Origin: Myxococcota bacterium | GTDB lineage: Bacteria; Myxococcota_A; UBA9160; UBA4427 | DNA: 64,000 nucleotides | Assembly (NCBI GenBank): GCA_965250285.1 | Contig: OZ252299.1 | Location: forward strand, 5,472,001 to 5,536,000 | Direction: 5' to 3' | Part shown: piece by piece, positions 1-9,404 of the stretch | Position numbering within the stretch: position 1 is the first letter of the stretch | Layout: each line of letters opens with the position of its first letter | Translations under genes and position numbers: made by a program | The notes under the pieces: model-generated | Told to the model about the DNA's origin: nothing | Seen by the model: the letters and a program-made list of their open reading frames with translations, nothing else | Databases searched by the model: none

Positions 1-126
1 ACAAGCCGTTGCAGCGGACTTGCTACGGCTGAGGCGTTCTCGGTTCTTGGTAGAATCTCGGGCGTCCGAGGCGTTCAGCCGCTGCGAGCAAGGCCGCCGC
101 AAGCCGCTGAACGCCGACCGTTAGGC
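1..126 (+). repeat. attC site (5' end cut by window edge)
   Basis: L''/L' arms; R' GTTAGGC 120-126. Confidence 0.93.
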
Positions 127-146
127 AGCCGGAACGCCAAGCCAAG

Positions 147-647
147 ATGAAACCCCTCGCCCGCCTTGGCTTCATCCTCCTCGGTGTGTACGGGACCCTG
201 GCGTCGCTGCGAGGTGTCTCCTACTTCATCCGCACGGCGGCGGTCACCCCTCCGGCCGACTCAGGTCAGACGCTCTCTGCTCTCATCATCACCGCGAGCT
301 TGTTCGATCTCGCGCCGCCGATTCTTCTCATCTGGTTCAGCAAGCGCCTCGCAGACTTCGCGTTTCCTTTCGATCAAGAGGCAAGCCTCGATGTTGGCGC
401 CTCATCTTTGGTTTCCGCTGGCGTCTCTGTTCTCGGGGTCTACGTCGCGGCGATCGGTGTCTCGGGCTTGGTTGGTGCTGCGGTCGCTGCGGGTACTTCA
501 GTGCGCTTCCTCGAGAACCCTGCCTTTCGCGAGGGGCTGTTCTCTGGCCTCGGCGAGTCCGTAGCGTTGGTGCTCATCGGCCTGGGCTTGTTCGTCTACG
601 GTCCTCGGCTGGTCTCGGGCCGAGAGGGCAGAGCGCCGGCTGCCTAA
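147..647 (+). CDS. Multi-pass membrane protein cassette (homologue at 34685)
   Basis: Hydrophobic ORF filling the cassette; TAA inside R'' GCCTAAC. Confidence 0.85.
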   Translation: MKPLARLGFILLGVYGTLASLRGVSYFIRTAAVTPPADSGQTLSALIITASLFDLAPPILLIWFSKRLADFAFPFDQEASLDVGASSLVSAGVSVLGVYVAAIGVSGLVGAAVAAGTSVRFLENPAFREGLFSGLGESVALVLIGLGLFVYGPRLVSGREGRAPAA

Positions 648-772
648 CAAGCCGTTGCAGCGGACTTGCTTACGCTGAGGCGATTTTGGTTCTTGCTAGA
701 ATCTCGGGCGTCCGAGGCGTTCAGTCACTGCGAGCAAGGCCGCCGCAAGCCGCTGAACGCCGACCGTTAGCC
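642..772 (+). repeat. attC site, class A (CTTGC/GCAAG inner stem)
   Basis: GCCTAAC...GTTAGCC. Confidence 0.95.
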
Positions 773-782
773 AGCACACGAC

Positions 783-1331
783 ATGCGTTGCCAGATCTTC
801 GTCTCTGTCCTGCTCCTGCTCGCAGCTTCAGGCTCGCGCGCTGAGGAGAACCAACCTGCTTCGAAGGACGAGTTCGGTTCGGTCGTAGTCGTCAGCGAAC
901 GAATCGAAGCCGCGATCGCGGCGGGTGAGCTTCACCGGCAGACGAAGAACTTCGGTTGGGCCAATCCTGGCTGCAAGCTCCAGGGCTATCCGATTCTCGA
1001 GAGATCGCTCGTCCTCGACACCGAGGGGCAGATTCGGCTCTATGATCGCTCGCAGATCGTCTCGCATGGTGCGATTGAGCGTATCCGAAGCTTCTTTGAC
1101 GAGCGCGGTCGCCTGCGGATCGTCGAGCGGAAGCTCGGCAACACGATCGACCTGGTTAGAGTAAGCGAGTCCGGCAAGATTTTGCTCTCCCGGGTATCCC
1201 ATGACCGCGGCGAAACCTGGCATCAGTACTCCGCTGACTTCGACGACTGGTACATGAATCCGCGCACACCGAGCGAAGTCGAGGCTGAGTTCGCTGAATC
1301 AGAGCCGACGTGTGAGCAAGGTGCAGGCTAA
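783..1331 (+). CDS. Secreted hypothetical protein cassette
   Basis: Signal-peptide-like N-terminus; stop in R''. Confidence 0.85.
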   Translation: MRCQIFVSVLLLLAASGSRAEENQPASKDEFGSVVVVSERIEAAIAAGELHRQTKNFGWANPGCKLQGYPILERSLVLDTEGQIRLYDRSQIVSHGAIERIRSFFDERGRLRIVERKLGNTIDLVRVSESGKILLSRVSHDRGETWHQYSADFDDWYMNPRTPSEVEAEFAESEPTCEQGAG

Positions 1332-1456
1332 CAAGCCGTTGCAGCGGACTTGCTAACGCTGAGGCGATCTCGGGTCGTGGTAGAATCTCGGGTGTCCGAG
1401 GTGTTCAGTTGCTGCGAGCAAGGCCGCCGCAAGCCGCTGAACGCCGACCGTTAGGT
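1326..1456 (+). repeat. attC site, class A
   Basis: GGCTAAC...GTTAGGT. Confidence 0.95.
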
Positions 1457-1464
1457 GGCGAAGC

Positions 1465-1890
1465 GTGAAGCTGCTGCTCGCCATACTTGTTCCGGTCGTG
1501 CTCGGTTCTTCATTGGCGCTTAGCTGCGTTCCGGACCCGGTGCCTGTGTTGGTGTTCAACAACTCAGGCTCGCAGCTCTTACTCTTCGTCTACGACCGTG
1601 GCTACCGGCTTAGCCCGGGTGACTCTCAGCAGATTGATTTGTACGGCGATTTCAGCACCATATCTGTCTACCTTCCCCGCGGTCGATTCGAATACCTGGT
1701 CTTCTTCGATGAGCTCACGGTCGACTTTCAGAGGCTGATCGGCGGCGAGTACCGCATCCAGATCGAACCAGACCTCCGTGCATTCATCCTGGAGAAGCGC
1801 ACTCGTCCCCCTGTTGACACTGAGAAGATGGTTCAGCCTCCTGGGTTTCCTCTGGTTCCTAAGCTCGCAGAGGCTTGGTCTGCCACCTAA
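1465..1890 (+). CDS. Putative lipoprotein cassette
   Basis: Lipobox-like LALSC; stop in R''. Confidence 0.8.
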   Translation: MKLLLAILVPVVLGSSLALSCVPDPVPVLVFNNSGSQLLLFVYDRGYRLSPGDSQQIDLYGDFSTISVYLPRGRFEYLVFFDELTVDFQRLIGGEYRIQIEPDLRAFILEKRTRPPVDTEKMVQPPGFPLVPKLAEAWSAT

Positions 1891-2015
1891 CAAGCCGTTG
1901 CAGCGGACTTGCTGACGCTGAGGCGATATCGGGTCGTGGTACCATGTCGGTTGTCAATGGCGTCTCGGCAGGCCGTGCCAGGTCGGCGCAAGCCGCTGAA
2001 CGCCGACCGTTAGGC
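1885..2015 (+). repeat. attC site, class A variant loop
   Basis: ACCTAAC...GTTAGGC. Confidence 0.95.
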
Positions 2016-2290
2016 CGCGTGGCACAAGGCTCTCTAGTTGTTGGGTGCCGATTCCTGCCCACCGCCTTCTCGGATCGAGCAGCTCGATGCGAGCTCGCTA
2101 GCTAGTTGACCCGCTCGCTTCGCCCTTAGGTCGTTCCCGACAGATCGCATGCGACACATCGCCAGTGTGGCCACAACCGGCTCTCTGGGGCGAGCTACGC
2201 CTTCGGCCTTGCTCATCCCACTCGACTGCCGAACTCCAGCTTGGCAGGGGGTAGGGCGGCAGAGGGTCTGCTCTTCGCACGCGGTCTAAC
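2010..2290 (+). ncRNA. ORF-less cassette copy 1 (candidate structured RNA)
   Basis: ~280-bp body repeated five times; non-triplet indels between copies; nested self-complementarity. Confidence 0.55.
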
Positions 2291-2414
2291 AAGCCGTTGC
2301 AGCGGACTTGCTACCGCTGAGGCGCTTTCGGTTCTTGGTAGAATCTCGGTCGTCCCAGGCGCTCAGTCGCTGCGAGCAAGGCCGCCGCAAGCCGCTGAAC
2401 GCCGACCGTTAGGC
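2284..2414 (+). repeat. attC site, class A
   Basis: GTCTAAC...GTTAGGC. Confidence 0.95.
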
Positions 2415-2420
2415 AGCGGG

Positions 2421-3032
2421 ATGAGTGTCCACCCCGACCAAGTCAAGCCGAATCGCAAGAGTGCACTCACCGGTGGGGCTGCGCTTTTCGTCTTCCTCGG
2501 CTTTATCGTGTTCCTCGCGGTCTTCGCCGGCGATACGTCGCTTCTCTGGAAGCTCGGCGCCGTCGGGTTGCTATCAGCTGGGATCCTGGCTTCATTCCTA
2601 TGGTCGGTGCTGGGGCGAGGTGATTCTCCGACTCCACGGGGCCGTGAGCTTCGGATCGAACGGGGCCGCGTAGCTCAGGTCGAAGGCACCAAGGTCGTCG
2701 CCAGTATCGATGCAACGAAGCCGTTCGCGTACTCGATTCTTGATCGGCACATCGCGACAGACTCTCAGTTCCGCCTGTACCAAGGCCGCGTGGAACTGAC
2801 CTTCTTCAACTCCGACCCTGGCGGCGATGCAGTTGTTCGCGACGTCATCCAGATTAGCTGGCCGCCTCCGAGTCGCGGTGCCAGCAGAAGCGTGGGTCCC
2901 TCATGGGTCGATGGGCTGTCTGCTCAGGCCGATGCTCCGCCCGGCCCGAAGCAAGCACGTTGGCTTGAAGCCCTTACTCTACTCGTGGTCGCCGGTGCAT
3001 TCGCGATCGCATTCGTGGTTCTCTGGCGCTAG
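2421..3032 (+). CDS. Membrane protein cassette (homologue at 52212)
   Basis: ATG just after R'; shares TF.NSDPGG and RGASRSVGPS motifs with 52212 ORF. Confidence 0.85.
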   Translation: MSVHPDQVKPNRKSALTGGAALFVFLGFIVFLAVFAGDTSLLWKLGAVGLLSAGILASFLWSVLGRGDSPTPRGRELRIERGRVAQVEGTKVVASIDATKPFAYSILDRHIATDSQFRLYQGRVELTFFNSDPGGDAVVRDVIQISWPPPSRGASRSVGPSWVDGLSAQADAPPGPKQARWLEALTLLVVAGAFAIAFVVLWR

Positions 3033-3048
3033 GGGGGAACGCGCCGCA

Positions 3049-3179
3049 GCCTAACAAGCCGTTGCAGCGGACTTGCTGACGCTGAGGCGGTATCGAGTCA
3101 TGGTAGAATGCCGGGCGTCCGAGGCGTTCGGTCGCTGCGAGCAAGGTCGCCGCAAGCCGCTGAACGCCGACCGTTAGGC
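3049..3179 (+). repeat. attC site, class A
   Basis: GCCTAAC...GTTAGGC. Confidence 0.95.
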
Positions 3180-3186
3180 GGCGCTC

Positions 3187-3603
3187 GTGAGGCTGCTCGT
3201 ACTAGCGACGCTGACAGCATTCCTCGCCTTTCCCCTCGGCGCGTGGGCGCGTTGTCCGCGCGTGTCGGGCCCCCTCGCAGAGTCCGACCTTCGGTCGGTC
3301 GATCTCATCGTCTTCGGTCGCGTCGTGCACGTCGAGCAGGTGCCGAGTGCGCCTCATGAGCGGTTCGCCGACATCCTGGTGCAAGCGCGCTGGCAGGGCG
3401 AGTCACTCGAACGGGTCAGAGTTTGGCCTCCCGACAGCGTTCACGGCCCACGCTTCGTCGCGGGCAGCGAGTTTCTCGTCTTCGCAAACCGGGTCGGCGA
3501 CCGCTACGAAGCCAGCATGTGCCTTCCTTCATGTACCGGGTCCAACTGCCTATACCAGCTAAAACTCCTAGGCGACCCAGTCGAGCGATTCGATACCGGC
3601 TAG
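3187..3603 (+). CDS. Secreted TIMP/NTR-like domain protein cassette
   Basis: Signal peptide, early Cys, DLIVFGRV, WQG, F..G.EFLVFA, terminal Cys cluster. Confidence 0.65.
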   Translation: MRLLVLATLTAFLAFPLGAWARCPRVSGPLAESDLRSVDLIVFGRVVHVEQVPSAPHERFADILVQARWQGESLERVRVWPPDSVHGPRFVAGSEFLVFANRVGDRYEASMCLPSCTGSNCLYQLKLLGDPVERFDTG

Positions 3604-3612
3604 TCAGGCGCC

Positions 3613-3744
3613 GCCTAACAAGCCGTTGCAGCGGACTTGCTTACGTTTGAGCCGATTTGGGTCGTGGTACTATGCCGAATGTCGATGGCGTCTCGGCAGG
3701 CAGTGCCAAATTGGCGCACGCCGCTGAACGCCGATCCGTTAGGC
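3613..3744 (+). repeat. attC site, class A variant loop
   Basis: GCCTAAC...GTTAGGC. Confidence 0.93.
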
Positions 3745-4018
3745 CGCGTGGCACAAGGCCCTCTAGTTCTTGGGTGCCAATTCCTGCCCACCGCCTTGTC
3801 GAGTCGAGCAGCCCGTTGCGAGCTCGGGCGCTAGCTGACCTGCTTGCTTCGCCCTTAGGTCATTCCCGACAGATCGCATGCGACGCATCGCCAAAGTGGC
3901 CACAACCGGCTCTCTGGGGCGATCTTCGCCTTCGGCTTGCTGGTCCAACTCGACTGCCGAACTCCAGCTTGGCAGGGGGTAGGGCGGTAGCGGGCCGGCT
4001 CTTCGCACGCGGTCTAAC
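3739..4018 (+). ncRNA. ORF-less cassette copy 2
   Basis: Homologous to 2010-2290. Confidence 0.55.
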
Positions 4019-4142
4019 AAGCCGTTGCAGCGGACTTGCTACCGCTGGGGTGCTTTCGGTTCTTGGTAGAATCTCGGGTGTCCGAGGCGTTCAGTCGCTG
4101 CGAGCAAGGTCGCCGCAAGCCGCTGAACGCCGACCGTTAGGC
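4012..4142 (+). repeat. attC site, class A
   Basis: GTCTAAC...GTTAGGC. Confidence 0.95.
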
Positions 4143-4416
4143 CGCGTGGCACAAGGCCCTCTAGTTGTTGGGTGCCGGTTCCTGCCCACCGCCTTCTCGA
4201 GTCGGGCAGCTCGTTGCGAGCTCGGGCGCGAGCTGACCTATCTGCTTCGCCCTTAGGTCACTCCCAATAGATCGCATGTGACGCATCGCCAAAGTGGCCA
4301 CAACCGGCTCTCTGCGGCGAGCTTCGCCTTCGGCCTTCTCGTCCTACTCGAGTGCAGAACGCCAGCTTGGCAGGGGGAAGGGCGCCAGAGGGTCCGCTCT
4401 TCGCACGCGGTCTAAC
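4137..4416 (+). ncRNA. ORF-less cassette copy 3 (tandem with copy 2, diverged)
   Basis: Homologous to 2010-2290. Confidence 0.55.
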
Positions 4417-4540
4417 AAGCCGTTGCAGCGGACTTGCTACCGCTGAGGCGGTCCCGGTTGTTGTTAGGATCTCGGGCGTCCGAGGCGTTCAGTCACTGCG
4501 AGCAAGGCCGCCGCAAGCCGCTGAACGCCGACCGTTAGGC
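4410..4540 (+). repeat. attC site, class A
   Basis: GTCTAAC...GTTAGGC. Confidence 0.95.
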
Positions 4541-4545
4541 AGCGA

Positions 4546-4806
4546 GTGCCGAGCTGGCTCCGAAAAATGTACTGGACCGGTATCCAGATACTCGTAGCCG
4601 GGCTCGCGTCTTCCGCCGGCGCGGTCTACTTCTTGTTGCGACCCGTCGGCGAGTATCACGAGCCTTCCGGCTACGGCGAACGACTGGTCGTCGGGCTAGC
4701 CCTGTTCGGCGTTGTCGCGACCATCGGAGGCGCTCGCATTGTCCACCAGGCCAGGCGTTCCGCACCGAATGCCGAGAGTCATCCGAACGAGAATCCACCT
4801 TCGTAG
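4546..4806 (+). CDS. Small two-TM membrane protein cassette
   Basis: ORF fills cassette; two hydrophobic segments. Confidence 0.75.
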   Translation: MPSWLRKMYWTGIQILVAGLASSAGAVYFLLRPVGEYHEPSGYGERLVVGLALFGVVATIGGARIVHQARRSAPNAESHPNENPPS

Positions 4807-4840
4807 GGCTAACGAGCGACGCCATCAGGCCCCGCTCGCT

Positions 4841-4971
4841 GCCTAACAAGCCGTTGCAGCGGACTTGCTAACGCTTAGGCGATATCGGGTCGTGGTAGAA
4901 TCTCGGGCGTCCAAGGCGTTCAGTCACTGCGAGCAAGGTCGCCGCAAGCCGCTGAACGCCGACCGTTAGAT
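4841..4971 (+). repeat. attC site, class A
   Basis: GCCTAAC...GTTAGAT. Confidence 0.95.
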
Positions 4972-4985
4972 GGCGCGAGCGGGTC

Positions 4986-5399
4986 TTGATGCGTTCTCGG
5001 TTGAGCCTTCTTCTGCTGCTCTCGATCGTGCTCCTTCTGTCGATCGCCTGCGACCCCATATACCGTCTACGCGTCACCGGGCCGGTGCCAACGGCGCCGG
5101 TGCCAGACTGCGTGCTCGAATCGCTCGACGCCGACGACCGCGTCACCGAGCCGTCGATAGTGACTCCTGGCGCAATAGCGGCGACGCTAGTCGTACCACC
5201 GAGCATGTCAGTTCCGGAGTCGCATCCCGAACTATCGGTGCACTTCTCCCATACTGAAACGTGGGGTGGTGATCTCGAGATTCAGATGCTGTGGGTGGGC
5301 CCCAAGGCCTCGCGAGAGTACGAGCAGTACGCAACGAATGTCATTCGCGAGCTCCACTTTGTTCTCACCAAGAGGTGCGTTCCGCCCTCCGCCACATAG
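4986..5399 (+). CDS. Putative lipoprotein cassette
   Basis: Hydrophobic leader ending LSIAC. Confidence 0.8.
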   Translation: MMRSRLSLLLLLSIVLLLSIACDPIYRLRVTGPVPTAPVPDCVLESLDADDRVTEPSIVTPGAIAATLVVPPSMSVPESHPELSVHFSHTETWGGDLEIQMLWVGPKASREYEQYATNVIRELHFVLTKRCVPPSAT

Positions 5400-5415
5400 C
5401 AGTTGGGCGCGCGCC

Positions 5416-5544
5416 ATCTAACAAGCCGTTGCAGCGGACGTGGCAACGCCTATGCCGTATCGGTCGTGGTAGGCTTACGGTTTTCGAGGCTTCGGCGTTC
5501 GCGGTGCAAGGTTGCGCCACGCCGCTGAACGCCGACCGTTAGAT
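5416..5544 (+). repeat. attC site, class B (CGTGGC/GCCACG inner stem)
   Basis: ATCTAAC...GTTAGAT. Confidence 0.95.
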
Positions 5545-5558
5545 GGCGGAGACGCGAG

Positions 5559-5906
5559 ATAGGACGTTACAAGTTCAAGCTTGGCCAGAAGCCACGACGA
5601 AAGCGCCGGTTAGATTCCGGGCGTACGCGCATTCGTCGAGGTGGCGATCCGACGGCAGCAGGAAGAGAGCGGGGCGATCCGATTTCTCCCGAAGAGCGTT
5701 GGGTTCCGAGCTTCGACGACGTAATTGCAGCATTGGTCGTCATTTCGCTGATCACATTCTTCATTGCCGCGTTCTGTTCTCTTGGCCACTGTTCATGTGC
5801 GGGGCTGAGTGCTTACTCGAACTCTCGAGTGAGTCTCGTCACTCCGTTGCCCCTGCAGATTCGCCCGCCATCTAACAAGGCGTTGCAGCGGACTTGCTTA
5901 GGCTGA
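5559..5906 (+). CDS. Basic N-terminal single-TM protein, probable ATA start (homologue of 35326 ORF)
   Basis: Hand translation IGRYKFKLGQKPRRKRRLDSGRTR...WVPSFDDVIAALVVISL matches [24 protein letters not shown]...[17 protein letters not shown]; stop inside attC. Confidence 0.65.
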   Translation: MGRYKFKLGQKPRRKRRLDSGRTRIRRGGDPTAAGRERGDPISPEERWVPSFDDVIAALVVISLITFFIAAFCSLGHCSCAGLSAYSNSRVSLVTPLPLQIRPPSNKALQRTCLG

Positions 5907-6000
5907 GGCGATATCGGGTCGTGGTAGACTGCCGGGTGTCCGAGGCATTCAGCCGCTGCGAGCTAGGTCGCCGCAAGCCGCTGAACGCCGACCGTTAGGC
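5870..6000 (+). repeat. attC site, class A
   Basis: ATCTAAC...GTTAGGC. Confidence 0.95.
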
Positions 6001-6040
6001 GGCGACGCATTCGCCCGATCGTCGACGTGGGCGGGCTGCA

Positions 6041-6214
6041 TTGATCGATCTACTCGTCGGTCTCCTAGATCTCAGCCATCTCTGGCGCCTCTTTCTGCCA
6101 CCGGTTCTTCTGGGCGCAGCATGCTTCTTCGCCTGGGGCGGGTCGGCAGCGCAGTACGGTGCTGTAGCCGGTCTTCCTATCGGCCTGGTTTGGGCGCTTC
6201 GACATCGGAGCTAG
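6041..6214 (+). CDS. Small (57 aa) membrane protein cassette
   Basis: TTG-start ORF MIDLLVGLLDLSHLWRLFLPPVLLGAACFF..., below ORF-track size cutoff. Confidence 0.55.
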   Translation: MIDLLVGLLDLSHLWRLFLPPVLLGAACFFAWGGSAAQYGAVAGLPIGLVWALRHRS

Positions 6215-6267
6215 CGCTCATTTCGATCTTCCAAAGGCCGTCTGTTGTCGCGTACTCGCCGGTCGCC

Positions 6268-6398
6268 GCCTAACAAGCCGTTGCAGCGGACTTGCTAACG
6301 CTTGAGCCGATTCGGGTCGTGGTACCATGGCAGCTGTCGATGGCGTCTCGGCAGGCTGTGCCAGATCGGCGCAAGCCGCTGAACGCCGACCGTTAGGC
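6268..6398 (+). repeat. attC site, class A variant loop
   Basis: GCCTAAC...GTTAGGC. Confidence 0.95.
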
Positions 6399-6446
6399 GG
6401 CGGAACTGTGTGCTGAAGCGTGCCGCGGGAATGACGGAGCCCTTCG

Positions 6447-6740
6447 ATGAAGCGAACAGCCTACTCGCCCGAACTGCAGTCGGAACTCGCACATGGTAAG
6501 TATACGAAGTGGGCAGCTGATCTGACTGAAGCCGAGCTTTACAACCTGCTATGGCTCGTAGGCGAGTTCGGCGTTCGCACGCCAGAAGACAGCGAGGGGC
6601 CGGTGATCGGCGCGAGTCACCGACGCGCCGGCGCTCGCTGGGGCATAGTTCAGTATGTCCGCTGCCGGCGAGCGGTGTCGTTCCAGCGCGCCATACGTCG
6701 TTACAATCCAGACGGCTCGTTGAGAAAGCCGAGTGCCTAG
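6447..6740 (+). CDS. Hypothetical protein cassette (duplicated at 13226)
   Basis: ORF fills cassette. Confidence 0.65.
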   Translation: MKRTAYSPELQSELAHGKYTKWAADLTEAELYNLLWLVGEFGVRTPEDSEGPVIGASHRRAGARWGIVQYVRCRRAVSFQRAIRRYNPDGSLRKPSA

Positions 6741-6750
6741 CTCGTCCGCC

Positions 6751-6881
6751 GCCTAACAAGCCGTTGCAGCGGACTTGCTAACGCTGAGGCGATATCGGGT
6801 CGTGGTAGACTGGCCGGTGTCCGAGGCGTTCAGCCGCAGCGCGCAAGGCCGCCGCAAGCCGCTGAACGCCGACCGTTAGGC
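6751..6881 (+). repeat. attC site, class A
   Basis: GCCTAAC...GTTAGGC. Confidence 0.95.
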
Positions 6882-6889
6882 GGCACTCG

Positions 6890-7255
6890 ATGCTTGGCCT
6901 GGCTCGCGCACGGGGCTTGGGTGCTCGCTTGGAGAACGTGGCTCTCTTTGCAGGGCTCACTACTGTGTCCCTGCTCTTCGTGGCCTTGCGCAAGACTTAT
7001 CTCTATCCCGACGATGTCACCATTCCATACCTAAGCGGTCCCAGGCTCTGGTTCTCCGCGAGTCTAATTGCAGGTACCGTCGGCGCCTCTTTGGTGCTTC
7101 GTGTTCGGCGCTCGCAGCGTCTCCGTTTGCGCGGCGTCGCTGCTCTTTCGCTGTCTGCGAGTCCGCTCGTTCTCGTGCTCGCGCTGCTTGTTGTGGTCGC
7201 CGTGGCCTATGTGGCCGGGGTCCAGGTTTTCATCTGGGCGCAAGGTGCCGCCTAA
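6890..7255 (+). CDS. Membrane protein cassette
   Basis: Three hydrophobic segments; stop in R''. Confidence 0.8.
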   Translation: MLGLARARGLGARLENVALFAGLTTVSLLFVALRKTYLYPDDVTIPYLSGPRLWFSASLIAGTVGASLVLRVRRSQRLRLRGVAALSLSASPLVLVLALLVVVAVAYVAGVQVFIWAQGAA

Positions 7256-7380
7256 CAAGCCGTTGCAGCGGACTTGCTCCCGCTGAGGCGATATCGGGTC
7301 GTGGTAGACTGGCCGGCGTCCGAGGCGTTCAGCCACTGCGAGCAAGGCCGCCGCAAGCCGCTGAACGCCGACCGTTAGGC
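7250..7380 (+). repeat. attC site, class A
   Basis: GCCTAAC...GTTAGGC. Confidence 0.95.
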
Positions 7381-7388
7381 GGCCGCTC

Positions 7389-7772
7389 GTGCACGTTCGT
7401 GTGATCTTCATCGGTCTGCTGCTGCTCGGCTCAGCTGCTGGCGACGTCGCTCTTGCAGAACCGGCTTGCCAGATGCCGCCTGATTCTGCCTCGGTCCGAT
7501 CTCGGGTCCTGGGGGCGACGCGTCTGCTTCCAACTTACGTCGATGGAAAGATGGTCGGGCTCACCGTCGACCAGATCGATCCCGACAGTCTCCTGGCACC
7601 TTCCGATCTGCGCGTTGGTGACATGATCGTTGCAGTCAACGGACTCGATATCACCAACCCAAAGTCCGGTAAAGAACTCCTCTGTCGCCTGGGTCGATCA
7701 GAACCGGTCACTATTCATGTTGAGCGAGATTCCGGCGAGCGCGTCCCCATCACCATCGCCGCGGCCGCCTAA
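7389..7772 (+). CDS. Secreted PDZ-domain protein (GspC C-terminal PDZ-like)
   Basis: DGKMVGLTV..IDPDS....LRVGDMIVAVNG...IHVER PDZ pattern; signal peptide. Confidence 0.8.
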   Translation: MHVRVIFIGLLLLGSAAGDVALAEPACQMPPDSASVRSRVLGATRLLPTYVDGKMVGLTVDQIDPDSLLAPSDLRVGDMIVAVNGLDITNPKSGKELLCRLGRSEPVTIHVERDSGERVPITIAAAA

Positions 7773-7897
7773 CAAGCCGTTGCAGCGGACTTGCTAACGC
7801 TGGTTCGATATCGGGTCATGGTAGACTGCCGGGTGTCCGAGGCGTTCAGTCGCTGCGAGCAAGGCCGCCGCAAGCCGCTGAACGCCGACCGTTAGGC
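7767..7897 (+). repeat. attC site, class A
   Basis: GCCTAAC...GTTAGGC. Confidence 0.95.
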
Positions 7898-7905
7898 GGC
7901 CGCGG

Positions 7906-8352
7906 GTGGGTAGCGAAGCCGATCAGATCGAGAAGATCCTTTCTCGCCGCAAGAATGCGCGCGCGAGGCTTTCGCTGTCCTACATGTCCGACACAAAGTG
8001 GGCTCGCGCGCTCACAGCGCTCGCCGAGAAGCACCCGGGCCTCCATTGCACATGGAAGCTGGTAGGCAACCCGGAGCCGTGTCCAGGCCATCTGCCGATC
8101 GAGCCCCCGTTGCGCCAGCAAAGCCACCTCGACGACGGCTGGCTGCTGGCGCCGTTCTTCTTACTCCCGAACTACAGCGATGTCGAATGGCTGGAGGTGC
8201 CAGCTCGAGCCCGTTGGCAGCCGCATCCGAAGCTAGAGCCCGTCACTTCTACTCAAGACATTCAGTCGATCGCCCAAACCCTCGAGGCCGTTGGCTCTCT
8301 CGAACTCGAGGCAACTGAGACGCACCTGCGGCTATACGGCTATCGCCCCTAG
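7906..8352 (+). CDS. Hypothetical protein (DUF6678-like)
   Basis: MSDTKW, Y.DVEWLEV, C-terminal LRLYGYR. Confidence 0.65.
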   Translation: MGSEADQIEKILSRRKNARARLSLSYMSDTKWARALTALAEKHPGLHCTWKLVGNPEPCPGHLPIEPPLRQQSHLDDGWLLAPFFLLPNYSDVEWLEVPARARWQPHPKLEPVTSTQDIQSIAQTLEAVGSLELEATETHLRLYGYRP

Positions 8353-8361
8353 ACGCGCGCC

Positions 8362-8492
8362 GCCTAACAAGCCGTTGCAGCGGACTTGCTCACGCTGAGG
8401 CGTTGTCGGGTCGTGGTAGAGTCACGGGCATCCGAGGCGTTTAGTCGCTGCGAGCAAGGCCGCCGCAAGCCGCTGAACGCCGACCGTTAGGC
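8362..8492 (+). repeat. attC site, class A
   Basis: GCCTAAC...GTTAGGC. Confidence 0.95.
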
Positions 8493-8528
8493 GGCGCGGG
8501 TATCGCTGCAATCGCTAGCGTCACGGGG

Positions 8529-8894
8529 ATGCCGATCGGTAGGTCGCTCACTTATCCGGGCCGCGCAGTAGCCGCTTTCTTGGCCGTCTGGGGCATCGGG
8601 CTGGCCGTAGCATCAGCAGTCTCTCTCGTGCTTGGGCAGTTTCCTGCCTCGCTTGGCCTTGGCGGCGCGATCTCTGCTCTCGTAGTGACTTCCCTTGTGT
8701 CTGCCTACGCAATTCGGTCCGGCCTCGCTCGGCTAGCTCTCGCGTCGTACGCTGCTTGGTCGGTCCTGCTCTTCGGGCTGTTTTTCCATGCCGTCTATGA
8801 CCCTGGTCGTCCACAAGACGTGTTTGGCTATGCGTTTGCGGCTCTCTTTCTCGGCCTTCTGGGTCTCTATCTCGCGCGACAGCTGCGGCACTAG
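8529..8894 (+). CDS. Four-TM membrane protein cassette
   Basis: Hydrophobic ORF filling cassette. Confidence 0.8.
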   Translation: MPIGRSLTYPGRAVAAFLAVWGIGLAVASAVSLVLGQFPASLGLGGAISALVVTSLVSAYAIRSGLARLALASYAAWSVLLFGLFFHAVYDPGRPQDVFGYAFAALFLGLLGLYLARQLRH

Positions 8895-8911
8895 CAGGTT
8901 GTCGCGTCGCC

Positions 8912-9042
8912 GCCTAACAAGCCGTTGCAGCGGACTTGCTAACGCTGAGGCGATATCAGGTCGTGGTAGAATGGCGGGCGTCTGAGGCGCTCAGTCGCTG
9001 CGAGCAAGGCCGCCGCAAGCCGCTGAACGCCGACCGTTAGAT
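8912..9042 (+). repeat. attC site, class A
   Basis: GCCTAAC...GTTAGAT. Confidence 0.95.
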
Positions 9043-9056
9043 GGCGGAGACGCGAG

Positions 9057-9404
9057 ATAGGACGTTACAAGTTCAAGCTTGGCCAGAAGCCACGACGAAA
9101 GCGCCGGTTAGATTCCGGGCGTACGCGCATTCGTCGAGGTGGCGATCCGACGGCAGCAGGAAGAGAGCGGGGCGATCCGATTTCTCCCGAAGAGCGTTGG
9201 GTTCCGAGCTTCGACGACGTAATTGCAGCATTGGTCGTCATTTCGCTGATCACATTCTTCATTGCCGCGTTCTGTTCTCTTGGCCACTGTTCATGTGCGG
9301 GGCTGAGTGCTTACTCGAACTCTCGAGTGAGTCTCGTCACTCCGTTGCCCCTGCAGATTCGCCCGCCATCTAACAAGGCGTTGCAGCGGACTTGCTTAGG
9401 CTGA
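9057..9404 (+). CDS. Duplicate of the 5559 cassette ORF
   Basis: 9037-9492 reads identical to 5539-5994. Confidence 0.65.
   Translation: MGRYKFKLGQKPRRKRRLDSGRTRIRRGGDPTAAGRERGDPISPEERWVPSFDDVIAALVVISLITFFIAAFCSLGHCSCAGLSAYSNSRVSLVTPLPLQIRPPSNKALQRTCLG

Noticed and set aside
1326..1390. Canonical -35 element for the attC promoter
   Set aside because: The 17-bp position holds GCTGAG-like sequence and TTGCTA is ~25 bp away, so only an extended -10 is claimed.
2098..2292. Minus-strand MLDRVRR... ORF in the ORF-less cassettes
   Set aside because: It starts inside the R'' region and differs in length and frame between copies because of non-triplet indels.
5543..5875. 110-aa ATG ORF (and its copy at 9041-9373)
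   Set aside because: Homology to the 35326 protein is in the +1 frame; this ATG is part of the terminal inverted repeat.
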